A DNA stretch of 24,000 bases from Candidatus Azosocius agrarius. GTDB taxonomy: Bacteria > Pseudomonadota > Gammaproteobacteria > UBA6186 > Azoamicaceae. A model generated the notes under the pieces. It was not told the DNA's origin. It ran no database searches and was given only the letters and a program-made list of their open reading frames with translations. Below are positions 10,419 through 21,755 of this stretch, one piece after another. The stretch covers positions 308,632 through 332,631 of the forward strand of contig CP066692.1 in NCBI GenBank assembly GCA_016432505.1. The letters run 5' to 3'. The position numbers and the translations under genes were made by a program. The number at the start of each line of letters is the position of its first letter. Position 1 is the stretch's first letter.

Positions 10419-10889
10419 GTGAATATTAATGCAACTTTATTGGGACAAATGATAACTTTTGCTGTTTTTGTTTGGTTTACCATGAAATTTGTGTGGCCAA
10501 TGATTAATGAAATTTTACTTGAAAGACAAAAAAAAATTGGTGAAGGTTTAGCTGCTGCTGAAAGTGGGCATAAGATTCTTTCTGAAGCAAAAAAAGAAAG
10601 TGTTGTTAAGATAAATTCAGCAAAAAGACAGGGAGAAGATATTATAGCTAATGCAAATCATTTAGCGTCTCAGATTATAGATGAAGCTAAAGAGCTTGCC
10701 TTAAAAGAAAAAGAAGCAATTATTGCTTCTGGGCATTTACAGATAAATCGTGAGTTACAACAAGCTAAAATTGATTTACAAAATGATTTGGCTGATTTAG
10801 TGATTCGTGGAGTAGAAAAAGTTTTATCTAGAGCTATAAATCCTAATGATCATCGTGAATTATTAAATAAACTTTCTCAAAAGTTGTGA
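10419..10889 (+). CDS. atpF: F0F1 ATP synthase subunit b
   Basis: 156 aa, GTG start; [50 protein letters not shown]. Confidence 0.96.
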   Translation: MNINATLLGQMITFAVFVWFTMKFVWPMINEILLERQKKIGEGLAAAESGHKILSEAKKESVVKINSAKRQGEDIIANANHLASQIIDEAKELALKEKEAIIASGHLQINRELQQAKIDLQNDLADLVIRGVEKVLSRAINPNDHRELLNKLSQKL

Positions 10890-10923
10890 TAATTTTATAT
10901 TGATACTGTAAAGGAGTTTATTT

Positions 10924-11460
10924 ATGTCAGAAAAAATGACAATAGGAAGACCATATGCTAAAGCTGTATTTTTATTAGCAAAAACTGTTAAAAATTATAC
11001 TTCTTGGGCAGAGTTATTATCTTTTTTGTGTAAATTTATAAGTGATAAGTCTGTTATTGAATTAGTTAAAAATCCTATGATGAGTGTTGAACATAAAAGT
11101 AATTTTATTATTAATTTTTTGGATAACGAATTAGATGCTATGCAAATTAATTTTATACGTTTATTATCAAAACATAAAAGGTTATTGTATATTAATGAAA
11201 TATCTGAATTATTTAATGCTTATCTTGAAGAAGAACAAGGAATATTAAGATTGGAAGTTATTTCAGCTTCTGGCATTGGTAAAGAAGGAAGGGATCGTTT
11301 AACATCGGTATTATCTAAAAAATTTGATAAAAGTGTATCAATTAAATTTAGGGTAGAAGCTGAATTATTTGGTGGAGCAATTATTAAAGTTAAAGATAGT
11401 GTTATTGATGGAACTTTAAAGGAATCACTTATAAATTTAAAAAATTTGTTAGCAACTTAA
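10924..11460 (+). CDS. atpH: F0F1 ATP synthase subunit delta
   Basis: 178 aa; GRPYAKAVFLLAK, NFIRLLSKHKRLLYINEISELFNAY, ...GGAIIKVKDSVIDGTLKESLINLKNLL. Confidence 0.95.
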   Translation: MSEKMTIGRPYAKAVFLLAKTVKNYTSWAELLSFLCKFISDKSVIELVKNPMMSVEHKSNFIINFLDNELDAMQINFIRLLSKHKRLLYINEISELFNAYLEEEQGILRLEVISASGIGKEGRDRLTSVLSKKFDKSVSIKFRVEAELFGGAIIKVKDSVIDGTLKESLINLKNLLAT

Positions 11461-11484
11461 AATATTTAAGGTTAAAGGTTTATT

Positions 11485-13041
11485 ATGGCAACCAAAATTT
11501 CATTAAAGGCTTCGGAGATTAGTAGTCTTATTAAAGAGCGAATTGAGAGTTATGAGCAAGAAATTAGCGCTCGTAATGAGGGGAGAATTATAAGTTTATC
11601 AGATGGCGTGGTTTTAATTCATGGGCTTGCTAATGTTCAGTATGGTGAAAAATTAGCTTTTGAAGGGGGAGAATTTGGTATAGCATTAAATTTAGAGCGA
11701 GATTCTGTAGGAGCTGTAGTTTTAGGTGATGCTAGATTCTTAAAAGAAGGGCAAATTGTTCGTTGTACAGAACAAGTTTTAAGCGTTCCTGTAGGGCCTG
11801 GATTATTAGGAAGGGTTGTGGATTCTTTAGGCAGGCCTATAGATGGATTAGGATCTATAGGTACATTTGAAGTTTCTCCAATTGAGAAAGTTGCACCAGG
11901 AGTTATTTGGAGACAATCTGTAAGCGTTTCATTAGCTACAGGTATTAAAGCCATTGATTCTATGGTTCCTATTGGGCGTGGGCAGAGGGAATTAATAATT
12001 GGAGATAGACAAACTGGAAAAACTGCTATAGCCATAGACACAATAATAAATCAAAAAAATACTGGTGTAAAATGTATATATGTTGCTATTGGGCAAAAAG
12101 CTTCCTCTATTGCTACTGTTGTTAGAAGATTGGAGCAAAATGGTGCTTTGGCGCATACAATTGTTGTTGCAGCTCCTGCTAGTTATTCAGCAGCTCTTCA
12201 ATATATTGCTCCTTATAGTGGTTGCACAATGGGTGAGTATTTTCGTGATAGAGGAGAAGATGCTTTAATAATATACGATGATTTAACTAAACAAGCTTGG
12301 GCATATAGACAAATTTCATTATTATTGAGACGCCCTCCTGGAAGAGAAGCATACCCTGGAGATGTTTTTTATTTACATTCAAGATTGTTAGAAAGAGCTT
12401 CAAGAGTTAATTCGGAATATGTTAAAAATTATACTTCAGGAAAAATTTTATCAATGACTGGTTCTTTAACTGCTTTACCTATTATTGAGACTCAGGCTGG
12501 CGATGTATCTGCTTTTGTTCCTACTAATGTAATATCAATAACTGATGGGCAAATTTTTTTAGAAACAAATTTGTTTAATTCTGGAATAAGACCAGCAATA
12601 AATGCTGGATTATCCGTATCTCGCGTTGGTGGAGCCGCACAAACAAAAATTGTAAAACGATTAGGTGGTGGTATAAGACTTGCTTTAGCTCAATATAGGG
12701 AACTTGCTGCCTTTGCGCAATTTGCGTCTGATTTGGATGAATTTACTAGAAAACAATTAGAAAGAGGGCAAAGAGTTACAGAAATTATGAAACAAAAGCA
12801 ATTTTTTCCTCTTACTGTTGCCGAAATTAGTATGTCTTTATTTGTTGTTGACAAAGGGTATGTTGACGACGTTGATATAAAAAGAGTTGTAAGTTTTATG
12901 GAAAATCTTATTCTTTTTATACGTAATAAATATTCAGATTTTTTAAATGAGTTGAATATAAGTTGTGATTATAATGATGCTATCGCTAAAAAGATGTCTG
13001 ATATTATTATTGAGTATAAAAGTACTCATAGTGTGGAATAA
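11485..13041 (+). CDS. atpA: F0F1 ATP synthase subunit alpha
   Basis: 518 aa; [74 protein letters not shown]. Confidence 0.99.
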   Translation: MATKISLKASEISSLIKERIESYEQEISARNEGRIISLSDGVVLIHGLANVQYGEKLAFEGGEFGIALNLERDSVGAVVLGDARFLKEGQIVRCTEQVLSVPVGPGLLGRVVDSLGRPIDGLGSIGTFEVSPIEKVAPGVIWRQSVSVSLATGIKAIDSMVPIGRGQRELIIGDRQTGKTAIAIDTIINQKNTGVKCIYVAIGQKASSIATVVRRLEQNGALAHTIVVAAPASYSAALQYIAPYSGCTMGEYFRDRGEDALIIYDDLTKQAWAYRQISLLLRRPPGREAYPGDVFYLHSRLLERASRVNSEYVKNYTSGKILSMTGSLTALPIIETQAGDVSAFVPTNVISITDGQIFLETNLFNSGIRPAINAGLSVSRVGGAAQTKIVKRLGGGIRLALAQYRELAAFAQFASDLDEFTRKQLERGQRVTEIMKQKQFFPLTVAEISMSLFVVDKGYVDDVDIKRVVSFMENLILFIRNKYSDFLNELNISCDYNDAIAKKMSDIIIEYKSTHSVE

Positions 13042-13085
13042 ATTTATGCAAATATTTTTAATTGATTTTTTGGGAGTGATTTTTT

Positions 13086-13943
13086 ATGCCGAGTACTAAA
13101 GAAATTGTAACAAAAATTAAAAGCATTCAGAGCACTCAAAAAATTACTCGTGCTATGGAAATGGTTGCTGCAAGTAAAATGAAAAAAGCACAAGAAAAAA
13201 TGCGTTCATCTAGACCTTATTTTGAAAGAATTAAGGAAGTAATTGGACATATTTCTCAAGGAAAATTGGAATATAGACATATTTATACTATTGAAAGAGA
13301 TATCAAAGCTGTTGGATATTTAATTGTGTCAACCGATAGAGGATTATGTGGCGGATTAAATGTTAATTTATTTAAATCTGTTTTGGCTTCAATGTCTAAT
13401 TATTCAAAAAAAAATATTGATATAAAAGTTTCTGTTATTGGAAAAAAGGGAGTTAGTTTTTTTTCTAAGATATGTGGAAATATTGTATCTGCTAAAATAA
13501 GTTCCGGGGATAAAATTAATTCTCAAACTTTTATAGGTGTAGTTAAAGTTATGCTTGATTTATATGAAAATTTATCAATTGATAAATTATATTTAGCATA
13601 TAATGAATTTTTTAATACTATGACGCAGATACCTAAATTATATCAATTAGTTCCTACTTTAAAAATTACTGATGATCAAAAATTTCATTGGAATTATATA
13701 TATGAACCGGATGCAGAGCCGTTAATTGATGAATTATTTAATAGGTATATTGAATCATTAGTATATCAAGGGGTTGTAGAAAATGCGGCTTGTGAACAAG
13801 CCGCTAGAATGGTAGCAATGAAAAGTGCTTCAGATAATGCTGGAGAAATTGTTTCAAAATGTAAATTGGTTTATAACAAAGTTAGACAGGCATCAATAAC
13901 GCAAGAATTATCTGAAATAGTAGTTGGGGCTGGAGCTGTTTAG
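13086..13943 (+). CDS. atpG: F0F1 ATP synthase subunit gamma
   Basis: 285 aa; IKSIQSTQKITRAMEMVAASKMKKAQ, STDRGLCGGLNVNLF, C-terminal VYNKVRQASITQELSEIVVGAGAV. Confidence 0.98.
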   Translation: MPSTKEIVTKIKSIQSTQKITRAMEMVAASKMKKAQEKMRSSRPYFERIKEVIGHISQGKLEYRHIYTIERDIKAVGYLIVSTDRGLCGGLNVNLFKSVLASMSNYSKKNIDIKVSVIGKKGVSFFSKICGNIVSAKISSGDKINSQTFIGVVKVMLDLYENLSIDKLYLAYNEFFNTMTQIPKLYQLVPTLKITDDQKFHWNYIYEPDAEPLIDELFNRYIESLVYQGVVENAACEQAARMVAMKSASDNAGEIVSKCKLVYNKVRQASITQELSEIVVGAGAV

Positions 13944-13987
13944 TAATTATATAGTTATATTTTATAAATTGATATTAGTATTTTTAA

Positions 13988-15382
<1,395 letters not shown>

Positions 15383-15394
15383 GGATATATTATT

Positions 15395-15811
15395 GTGATA
15401 AAATGCTTTCAATTAAATATTGTAACTGCTGAAAAAAATATATTTTCTGGGTTAGCTCAAAAACTTTTTGTTCCTGGACATTTAGGAGAGTTAGAAATTT
15501 TATTTAATCATGCTCCTTTGTTAACTTCTTTATTGCCTGGTCCAGTTTTATTTATTAATGATTTTGGTGTTAAAGATGGAATTGTTATTTATGGTGGAAT
15601 GCTTGAAGTTCAACCAAAAATAACAACTATTTTAGCTAATTCAGCTTTAAGATCTATACATTTAGATGAAGAGGCTGCTCTTGAAGCAAAAAAAAATTGT
15701 GAAGCAGATATTATAAAAAGTATTAATAAAATAGATTATAATAAGGCTCGTATGGAATTAGAAATTGCCATAGCACAACTTCGTTTGATTCGACAATTGC
15801 GTCAGAAATAA
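15395..15811 (+). CDS. atpC: F0F1 ATP synthase subunit epsilon
   Basis: 138 aa, GTG start; NIVTAEKNIFSGLAQKLFVPGHLGELEILFNHAPLLTSLLPGPV. Confidence 0.95.
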   Translation: MIKCFQLNIVTAEKNIFSGLAQKLFVPGHLGELEILFNHAPLLTSLLPGPVLFINDFGVKDGIVIYGGMLEVQPKITTILANSALRSIHLDEEAALEAKKNCEADIIKSINKIDYNKARMELEIAIAQLRLIRQLRQK

Positions 15812-15817
15812 TTATAT

Positions 15818-15848
15818 ACAGGTGGATTAATCCACCTGTGTTTTTTTT
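15818..15848 (+). terminator. Rho-independent terminator of the atp operon
   Basis: Perfect 9-bp stem ACAGGTGGA (15818-15826), loop TTAA, TCCACCTGT (15831-15839), then G and an 8-T run, just after the atpC stop. Confidence 0.9.
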
Positions 15849-17854
15849 ATTGAAAATATAAAAAAAAATTTATTTATATATGTACAAATTTTTAACCTGT
15901 TTTTTTTTATTTTTTCATTATTTGTAAAAATTAATATATTATTTAAATAATGTTTTGTTGGTAATATAATATATTTTATTATATATTTTATATTTATATT
16001 TTTATAATATTTTTTTAAAATAAATAATTTTGTAATATTTATTGATAATATATATTCATATTTTGTTTTTAATAAATTTTTTTTAGTTTTATTTTTATAT
16101 TTTATTTTGTTATTAATAATAAGTTTATTAATTCTATTATGTATTTTTATATAATGTAAAAACTTTTTAAACATTAAAAATACGTTTATTTCTTTTATAT
16201 ATCTATTAGAATTGTAAATTAATAAATTTTTATAATTATGTAAGGTATACTCTTTTGTGTTATAATTATCTTCATAAAAATATTTCCATCTTTTTATGAA
16301 TAATAAGAATAAATTCTTTTTGGCTGTTTTTTGTAAAAATTGTTTATAACATTTTTCATTTAATGTTATAATATTAGAAAGAATGATTTTTATATTATTT
16401 GTTGTTAATATGTTGATTATTCCTATTATAAGTCGTTTTAGTGAATATGGATCCTTGCTTCCGGATGGGAGTATGTTTATATTAAAAAAACCTATTATTG
16501 TATCTATTTTGTCTGATATTGAAATAATTGATCCTGTTATTGAAGATGGAATTTTATCTTTATAAAATTTTGGTATAGTTTGTTCTTTTAAAGCTATTGA
16601 TATATTTTTGTTTAATTTTGTTTTTTTTGATAAATTATATCCTATGATTCCATGTAATTCAGGAAAATTTTTAACTATTTTTGTAGTTAAATCACTTTTT
16701 GTTAATAAGCTTATTGTTTTTATTATATTATAGTTATATCTTATATTATAAGATATATGAGTTGCAATAATTTTAATTCTTAGTGTTTTGTTATAAAGTG
16801 ATCCTAATTTTTTATGAAAAATTATATTTTTTAAAATATCTAAATTTTTAATTAAATAAATATTTAATATTTCATTTAATAAAAATATAATATCTTTTAA
16901 TCTTGCTGTTATTACTTTTTGATAATTTTTTATTATATTTTCTTGGCGTTTATATGTATTTGAAATTATAATAAATTTATTGATAATAGTTTTATTATTA
17001 TTTTTTATTAAAAAGCATTTTTGTTGTTTTTCGATTACATTTATTATTAGCTCTTCTGGAATTTGTAATAATTTTTTTGAATAATTTCCTACTAAAATGG
17101 TTGGATATTCGGTTATATTTATATTATCATTTATTAAATTGTTATTATTTTCTATAAATATTTTTGTGTTTTTTCTTATATTATTTATAAAATTTTCTAT
17201 CATTAATATTCGTTTTTTTGGACATGGTATTATTTTTCCACATTTTTCTAATATTTTTTCATAGAGATATGGTATAATATTTATGCCTTTATTGTGTAAT
17301 AAACTATGCCCATAACTTATATTGTTAGTTTTTATATTATAAATTTCTAAAAATATTTTTTTGTTGTTAAAATTAGCAATTATCCATTTTACTGGTCTAA
17401 CAAAAGGTTTTTCTATATTTGACCATCTCATTTTTTTATATATGTGAATTTCATATATGGAATCTTTTATTATTGTTGATAATAAATTTAATGTTTTTTT
17501 TTTAGTAATGATTTTTTCATATATGTAATATTCTTCGTTTTTATATATTTTAGTTTTTAAATCATTTATTTTTAAGTTATGAATTTTTATAAATTTGGTA
17601 ATTATATCTTTTGGAGAATTTTTTTTTGGCCCTTTTATTATATTGTTAATTTCTTTAGTGTTAGTTGGAATATCATATAGTATGATTGCTATCCTTCTAG
17701 GAGTGTAAAATTGTTTTATTTTATTAAAATTTATATTATGTTTTTTTATATTTTTGGAAATGTTTTGAATAAATGATTTTGATAAATTTAAAATTTGATT
17801 TGGTGGTAATTCTTCGGTTCCTATTTCTATTAGTAAATTATTTTTTTTGTTCAT
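15827..17854 (-). CDS. glyS: Glycine--tRNA ligase beta subunit
   Basis: 675 aa; LLIEIGTEELPPNQI, YTPRRIAI, FVRPVKWI, LLTKSDLTTKIVKNFPELHGIIG, DKIDTIIGFFNINILPSGSKDPYSLKRLIIGI; upstream glyQ. Confidence 0.95.
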   Translation of the reverse strand: MNKKNNLLIEIGTEELPPNQILNLSKSFIQNISKNIKKHNINFNKIKQFYTPRRIAIILYDIPTNTKEINNIIKGPKKNSPKDIITKFIKIHNLKINDLKTKIYKNEEYYIYEKIITKKKTLNLLSTIIKDSIYEIHIYKKMRWSNIEKPFVRPVKWIIANFNNKKIFLEIYNIKTNNISYGHSLLHNKGINIIPYLYEKILEKCGKIIPCPKKRILMIENFINNIRKNTKIFIENNNNLINDNINITEYPTILVGNYSKKLLQIPEELIINVIEKQQKCFLIKNNNKTIINKFIIISNTYKRQENIIKNYQKVITARLKDIIFLLNEILNIYLIKNLDILKNIIFHKKLGSLYNKTLRIKIIATHISYNIRYNYNIIKTISLLTKSDLTTKIVKNFPELHGIIGYNLSKKTKLNKNISIALKEQTIPKFYKDKIPSSITGSIISISDKIDTIIGFFNINILPSGSKDPYSLKRLIIGIINILTTNNIKIILSNIITLNEKCYKQFLQKTAKKNLFLLFIKRWKYFYEDNYNTKEYTLHNYKNLLIYNSNRYIKEINVFLMFKKFLHYIKIHNRINKLIINNKIKYKNKTKKNLLKTKYEYILSINITKLFILKKYYKNINIKYIIKYIILPTKHYLNNILIFTNNEKIKKNRLKICTYINKFFFIFSIKKTQVD

Positions 17855-17855
17855 T

Positions 17856-18749
17856 TTATTTTTCTTTAAAGTTTGTTAATAAGGGAAAGTTTATTTTATT
17901 TCTTATATTATAATATAAATTTGCTACTATTGAAGATAGACTTCTAATTCTGTATATGAAATGTTGTCTTTCAATTGTTGATAATGCGGAGCGTGAATCT
18001 AATAAATTGAAAATATGTGATAGTTTTATTATAATTTCATAAGAAGGATATGGTAGTTTATTTTTTATAGCATTTGTACATTCCTTTTCTAAATAATTAA
18101 ATTTATTTACCAATAATTTTTGGTTAGCTATTTCTAAATTATATTTAGACATTTCTTGTTCTCTTTGAATAAAGATATCTTCATATTTTAAATTATTTGA
18201 CCAGTATAATTTATTTATTGATTGTTGTTTTTGTACGTACATTGCTATTCTTTCAAGTCCATATGTTATTTCTCCCATTACTGGGTTGCATTCTAATCCA
18301 CCCATTTGTTGAAAATATGTAAATTGGGTGACTTCCATACCATTTAACCATACCTCCCATCCGATACCCCATGCTCCTATAGATGGGCTTTCCCAGTTAT
18401 CTTCAATAAATCTAATATCATTTTCATTTGAAAAAATATGTAATTTTTTTAATGATTTTATATATAAATCTTGAATATCTTTAGGGTTTGGTTTTAGTAT
18501 TACTTGATATTGATAATAATGTTGATTTCTATTTGGATGAGATCCATATCGACTATCAATTGGTCTTCTAGAAGGTTGCACAAATGCAGCTTTCCATGGC
18601 TCAGGCCCGATTGCTCTAAAAAATGTATCTGGATGAAATGAACCAGCCCCAACTTCTAAATCTATAGGTTGTAAAATTATACATCCTTGATTTTGCCAAA
18701 ACTTGTGTAATTCACTTATTATATTTTGTACTGTTAAAAATGGTTTCAT
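17856..18749 (-). CDS. glyQ: Glycine--tRNA ligase alpha subunit
   Basis: 297 aa; FWQNQGCIILQPIDLEVGAGSFHPDTFFRAIGPEPWKAAFVQPSRRPIDSRYGSHPNRNQHYYQYQVILKP. Confidence 0.99.
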   Translation of the reverse strand: MKPFLTVQNIISELHKFWQNQGCIILQPIDLEVGAGSFHPDTFFRAIGPEPWKAAFVQPSRRPIDSRYGSHPNRNQHYYQYQVILKPNPKDIQDLYIKSLKKLHIFSNENDIRFIEDNWESPSIGAWGIGWEVWLNGMEVTQFTYFQQMGGLECNPVMGEITYGLERIAMYVQKQQSINKLYWSNNLKYEDIFIQREQEMSKYNLEIANQKLLVNKFNYLEKECTNAIKNKLPYPSYEIIIKLSHIFNLLDSRSALSTIERQHFIYRIRSLSSIVANLYYNIRNKINFPLLTNFKEK

Positions 18750-18792
18750 AGTAATGTGTTTTAATATATTAAAATATAAAATTTATATGATT

Positions 18793-18830
18793 TATATGAA
18801 AATAATTATGACCTATATGAAAATAATTAT
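18793..18830. repeat. Two direct copies of TATATGAAAATAATTAT (21-bp period) in the glyQ-fmt intergenic region
   Basis: Copies at 18793-18809 and 18814-18830. Confidence 0.6.
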
Positions 18831-18877
18831 TTAATCATAATTAATGATATTATAAATAATTATAATGTAAATATTAA

Positions 18878-19813
18878 TTATGTATTAATAAAAAAAAAAC
18901 CTAAAATTAATTTATTTGTATCATTTAAAATTTTTGTATTAATTGTTTTTTTTCCTTCTATTTTATATTTTTTTATTATTATAATATTTTTGTTAGTTGA
19001 TATATATATTCCATTTTTATGTTTTTTTATTATTTGTCCATATTTGTATAATATGGAATTTATAAAAATTGTTGCCTCAATTATTTGAATATAATTTTTT
19101 TTTAAATATGTAAAAATAAATGGCCAATTATAATATGCTTGTAACTGTTTAGTTATTTTTATTGCAGAGTTTTTCCAATTTATTATTCCATCGAATTTTT
19201 TTATTTTATGTGCATATGAAACTAAATTTGTATTTTGTATAAATTTTGTAAAATTTTTATTTAATAAATTATTTATATTTTTAAGTATCATTTTTGATGC
19301 TATATATGCTAATTTTATATTTAATTGAAAATTTGTATTGCAATATTTAATAGGACATATTTTTTTGTATATTAATGTTCCTTCATCTATATTTTTATTC
19401 ATTATTATTATAGTTATCCCAGTGTATTTATTATTATTTAATATTGCTTGTTGAATAGGAGATGCTCCACGCCATTTAGGCAACAGAGAAGCATGTATGT
19501 TTATACATCCTATTAATGGAATTTCTAATATTTTTGATGGAAAAATATTTCCGTAAGAAGCTACTATAATTAATGATGGAGTTAAGTTTTTTATTAAATT
19601 TACTATATTATTGTCTGATAAATTTTCTATTTGATGTGTATTGATTTTATACATTGTTGCAAGTTTTATTATTGAGTATTTTGAATCAATATTATCAATA
19701 GTGTTGTTTTTTTTTGGGTATATTACCGCTGTTATTTTTATATTATTTTTTAATAGATTTTTTAATATTATATATGAAAATATTGAAAATCCTGCAAATA
19801 TTATGTTGTTCAT
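18878..19813 (-). CDS. fmt: Methionyl-tRNA formyltransferase
   Basis: 311 aa; NIHASLLPKWRGASPIQQAILNNNKYTGITIIIMNKNIDEGTLIYKKICPI, NWKNSAIKITKQLQAYYNWP. Confidence 0.93.
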   Translation of the reverse strand: MNNIIFAGFSIFSYIILKNLLKNNIKITAVIYPKKNNTIDNIDSKYSIIKLATMYKINTHQIENLSDNNIVNLIKNLTPSLIIVASYGNIFPSKILEIPLIGCINIHASLLPKWRGASPIQQAILNNNKYTGITIIIMNKNIDEGTLIYKKICPIKYCNTNFQLNIKLAYIASKMILKNINNLLNKNFTKFIQNTNLVSYAHKIKKFDGIINWKNSAIKITKQLQAYYNWPFIFTYLKKNYIQIIEATIFINSILYKYGQIIKKHKNGIYISTNKNIIIIKKYKIEGKKTINTKILNDTNKLILGFFFINT

Positions 19814-19969
19814 TATAATTAATAATCAAAAATTGTATATTAAAGCTTTATTTTTTTAAAAATTATTTTGTTTTATATTTTTATGATGTATTATTTTATC
19901 ATATAACTTATGTTTAAATGTTATATTATATAAAAAATTTTTTTATTAAATTTTATTAATAGGTTATAA

Positions 19970-20533
19970 ATGAATAAAATAAAGTTATTAAGTGGCTATT
20001 TAAAAGGAAAGGAAATTTTATATTATAGTCATTTTGTAAAACCTACTATTTTTATTATTCGTAAAATTTTATTTGATTGGATTAAAGATATTATAAATAA
20101 ATCACGTATTTTAGATATGTTTGGAGGATCTGGAGTTTTAGGTTTTGAAGCATTATCAAGAGGAGCTTCATATTTATTTATTGTGGAAAAGTCTTTTGCT
20201 GTATGTAATTCTATATGTTTAAATATACAGAATTTAAATATTAAGAATGTTAATATTATTAATATTGATGTCTTTGAATGGCTTAACTTATTGCAACTTG
20301 TTAAAAGTTATATTAAATCTTTTGATATTATTTTTATAGATCCTCCATATAATAGTAATTATTTATTTTATTGTTTAAATTTTTTATTAATTAATAATTA
20401 TATTACTAATGATACTTATATTTATATTGAATCTTATATTAATTTTGAAATAGAATTTGTTTTTTTTAAATATAAAATTTTAAAATTTAAAAATATTGGC
20501 AATATTAAATTTTATTTAATTAAAAAATTATAA
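19970..20533 (+). CDS. rsmD: 16S rRNA (guanine966-N2)-methyltransferase
   Basis: 187 aa; VKPTIFIIRKILFDWI...ILDMFGGSGVLGFEALSRGASYLFIVEKS...FDIIFIDPPYNSN, the RsmD fold signature. Confidence 0.88.
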   Translation: MNKIKLLSGYLKGKEILYYSHFVKPTIFIIRKILFDWIKDIINKSRILDMFGGSGVLGFEALSRGASYLFIVEKSFAVCNSICLNIQNLNIKNVNIINIDVFEWLNLLQLVKSYIKSFDIIFIDPPYNSNYLFYCLNFLLINNYITNDTYIYIESYINFEIEFVFFKYKILKFKNIGNIKFYLIKKL

Positions 20534-20535
20534 AT

Positions 20536-21747
20536 ATGATTATATATTTAGTTGGTGGTTATATAAGAGATAAAATTTTAGGTATTAAAGCAACTGACAA
20601 AGATTGGGTTATTATTAATGGATTAAAAAATTTTTTAATAAAATATAAATTTTTAAAAATTGGAAAGCATTTTTCTGTTTTTATTCATCCCATTACAAAA
20701 GAAGAATATTCTTTAGCAAGATTTGAAAAAAAATATATATATGGATATAATGGCTTTTATATTAATTGTAATTTTTCTATTACTCTTAAAGAAGATTTAT
20801 ATAGAAGGGATTTAAGTATAAATTCTATTGCGAAAGATGTTTTTTTTAATATTATTGATCCATATGATGGAATGAATGATGTTAAAGTTAGAGTTTTGAG
20901 ACATATATCTATTTTTTTTATGGAAGATCCTGTTAGAATTTTAAGAGTTGCTAGATTTAAGTCTAAATTAAATAATTATAATTTTTTTGTTTCTTATGAA
21001 ACATTGGATTTAATGAGTTATGTAATAAATACATGTGAGATGAAATATTTATCTCCAGAAAGAATATGGAAAGAGTTTATTAAAATTTTTGATTTATTAC
21101 AATTGAAATGTTTTTTTTCTGTATTGTATAAATGTAATGGTTTAAACATTATAAGTCCTGTATTAGATAATTTTTTTTGTTCTGTTGTATTAAAAAGTAA
21201 ATATAAAAATTTATATGTAAAAAATTATATATATACATATATATATATATCTTCCTTTATTTTTAAAAATGTTATTTATAAAATAGTTGTATTTTTTTAT
21301 AAAATTATTAATTTTTTATTTTTATCTGAAGGTTTATTTATTTATGGTAAATATAAAAATATTATTATAAATTTTATTTATAATGTATTTAAATTTTATA
21401 AATTATCCAATATGCATATTTTTTTGATTAGTAATTTATTTTATTTTAACTTATATATTGTTAAATTTTTTTTTTTTGATGAAAGAATTATTGTTAATTT
21501 TTTAGAGTTTTTTGATGCTTTTAGAAGGCCAAATTTATGCAAAAAATTTTTATTATTAATGTTAATAAAAGTAAACATTTTGACTTATAATTTTATCAAT
21601 ATAATAATATTATATGATATATTATCTTTTATAAATAAAAAATATTTTAGTATTAATTTTAATATTTTATTATATAAAAAATGTAAATATTTTTTTTATA
21701 AAAAAAAAATAAATTTATTAAGAATATATTTTTTTTTAAAACAATGA
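20536..21747 (+). CDS. cca: CCA tRNA nucleotidyltransferase, catalytic head conserved, C-terminal HD region degenerate
   Basis: 403 aa; MIIYLVGGYIRDKILGIKATDKDWVII, GKHFSVFIHPITKEEYSLARFEKK, LKEDLYRRDLSINSIAKDVFFNIIDPYDG, MEDPVRILRVARF. Confidence 0.94.
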   Translation: MIIYLVGGYIRDKILGIKATDKDWVIINGLKNFLIKYKFLKIGKHFSVFIHPITKEEYSLARFEKKYIYGYNGFYINCNFSITLKEDLYRRDLSINSIAKDVFFNIIDPYDGMNDVKVRVLRHISIFFMEDPVRILRVARFKSKLNNYNFFVSYETLDLMSYVINTCEMKYLSPERIWKEFIKIFDLLQLKCFFSVLYKCNGLNIISPVLDNFFCSVVLKSKYKNLYVKNYIYTYIYISSFIFKNVIYKIVVFFYKIINFLFLSEGLFIYGKYKNIIINFIYNVFKFYKLSNMHIFLISNLFYFNLYIVKFFFFDERIIVNFLEFFDAFRRPNLCKKFLLLMLIKVNILTYNFINIIILYDILSFINKKYFSINFNILLYKKCKYFFYKKKINLLRIYFFLKQ

Positions 21748-21755
21748 TTGTATAT

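Noticed and set aside
11637-12041. 134-aa minus-strand ORF in atpA
   Set aside because: Antisense to the highly conserved alpha-subunit region; no own motifs.
12080-12268. 62-aa plus-strand ORF in atpA
   Set aside because: Alternative frame of the conserved atpA P-loop downstream region, low-complexity Leu-rich.
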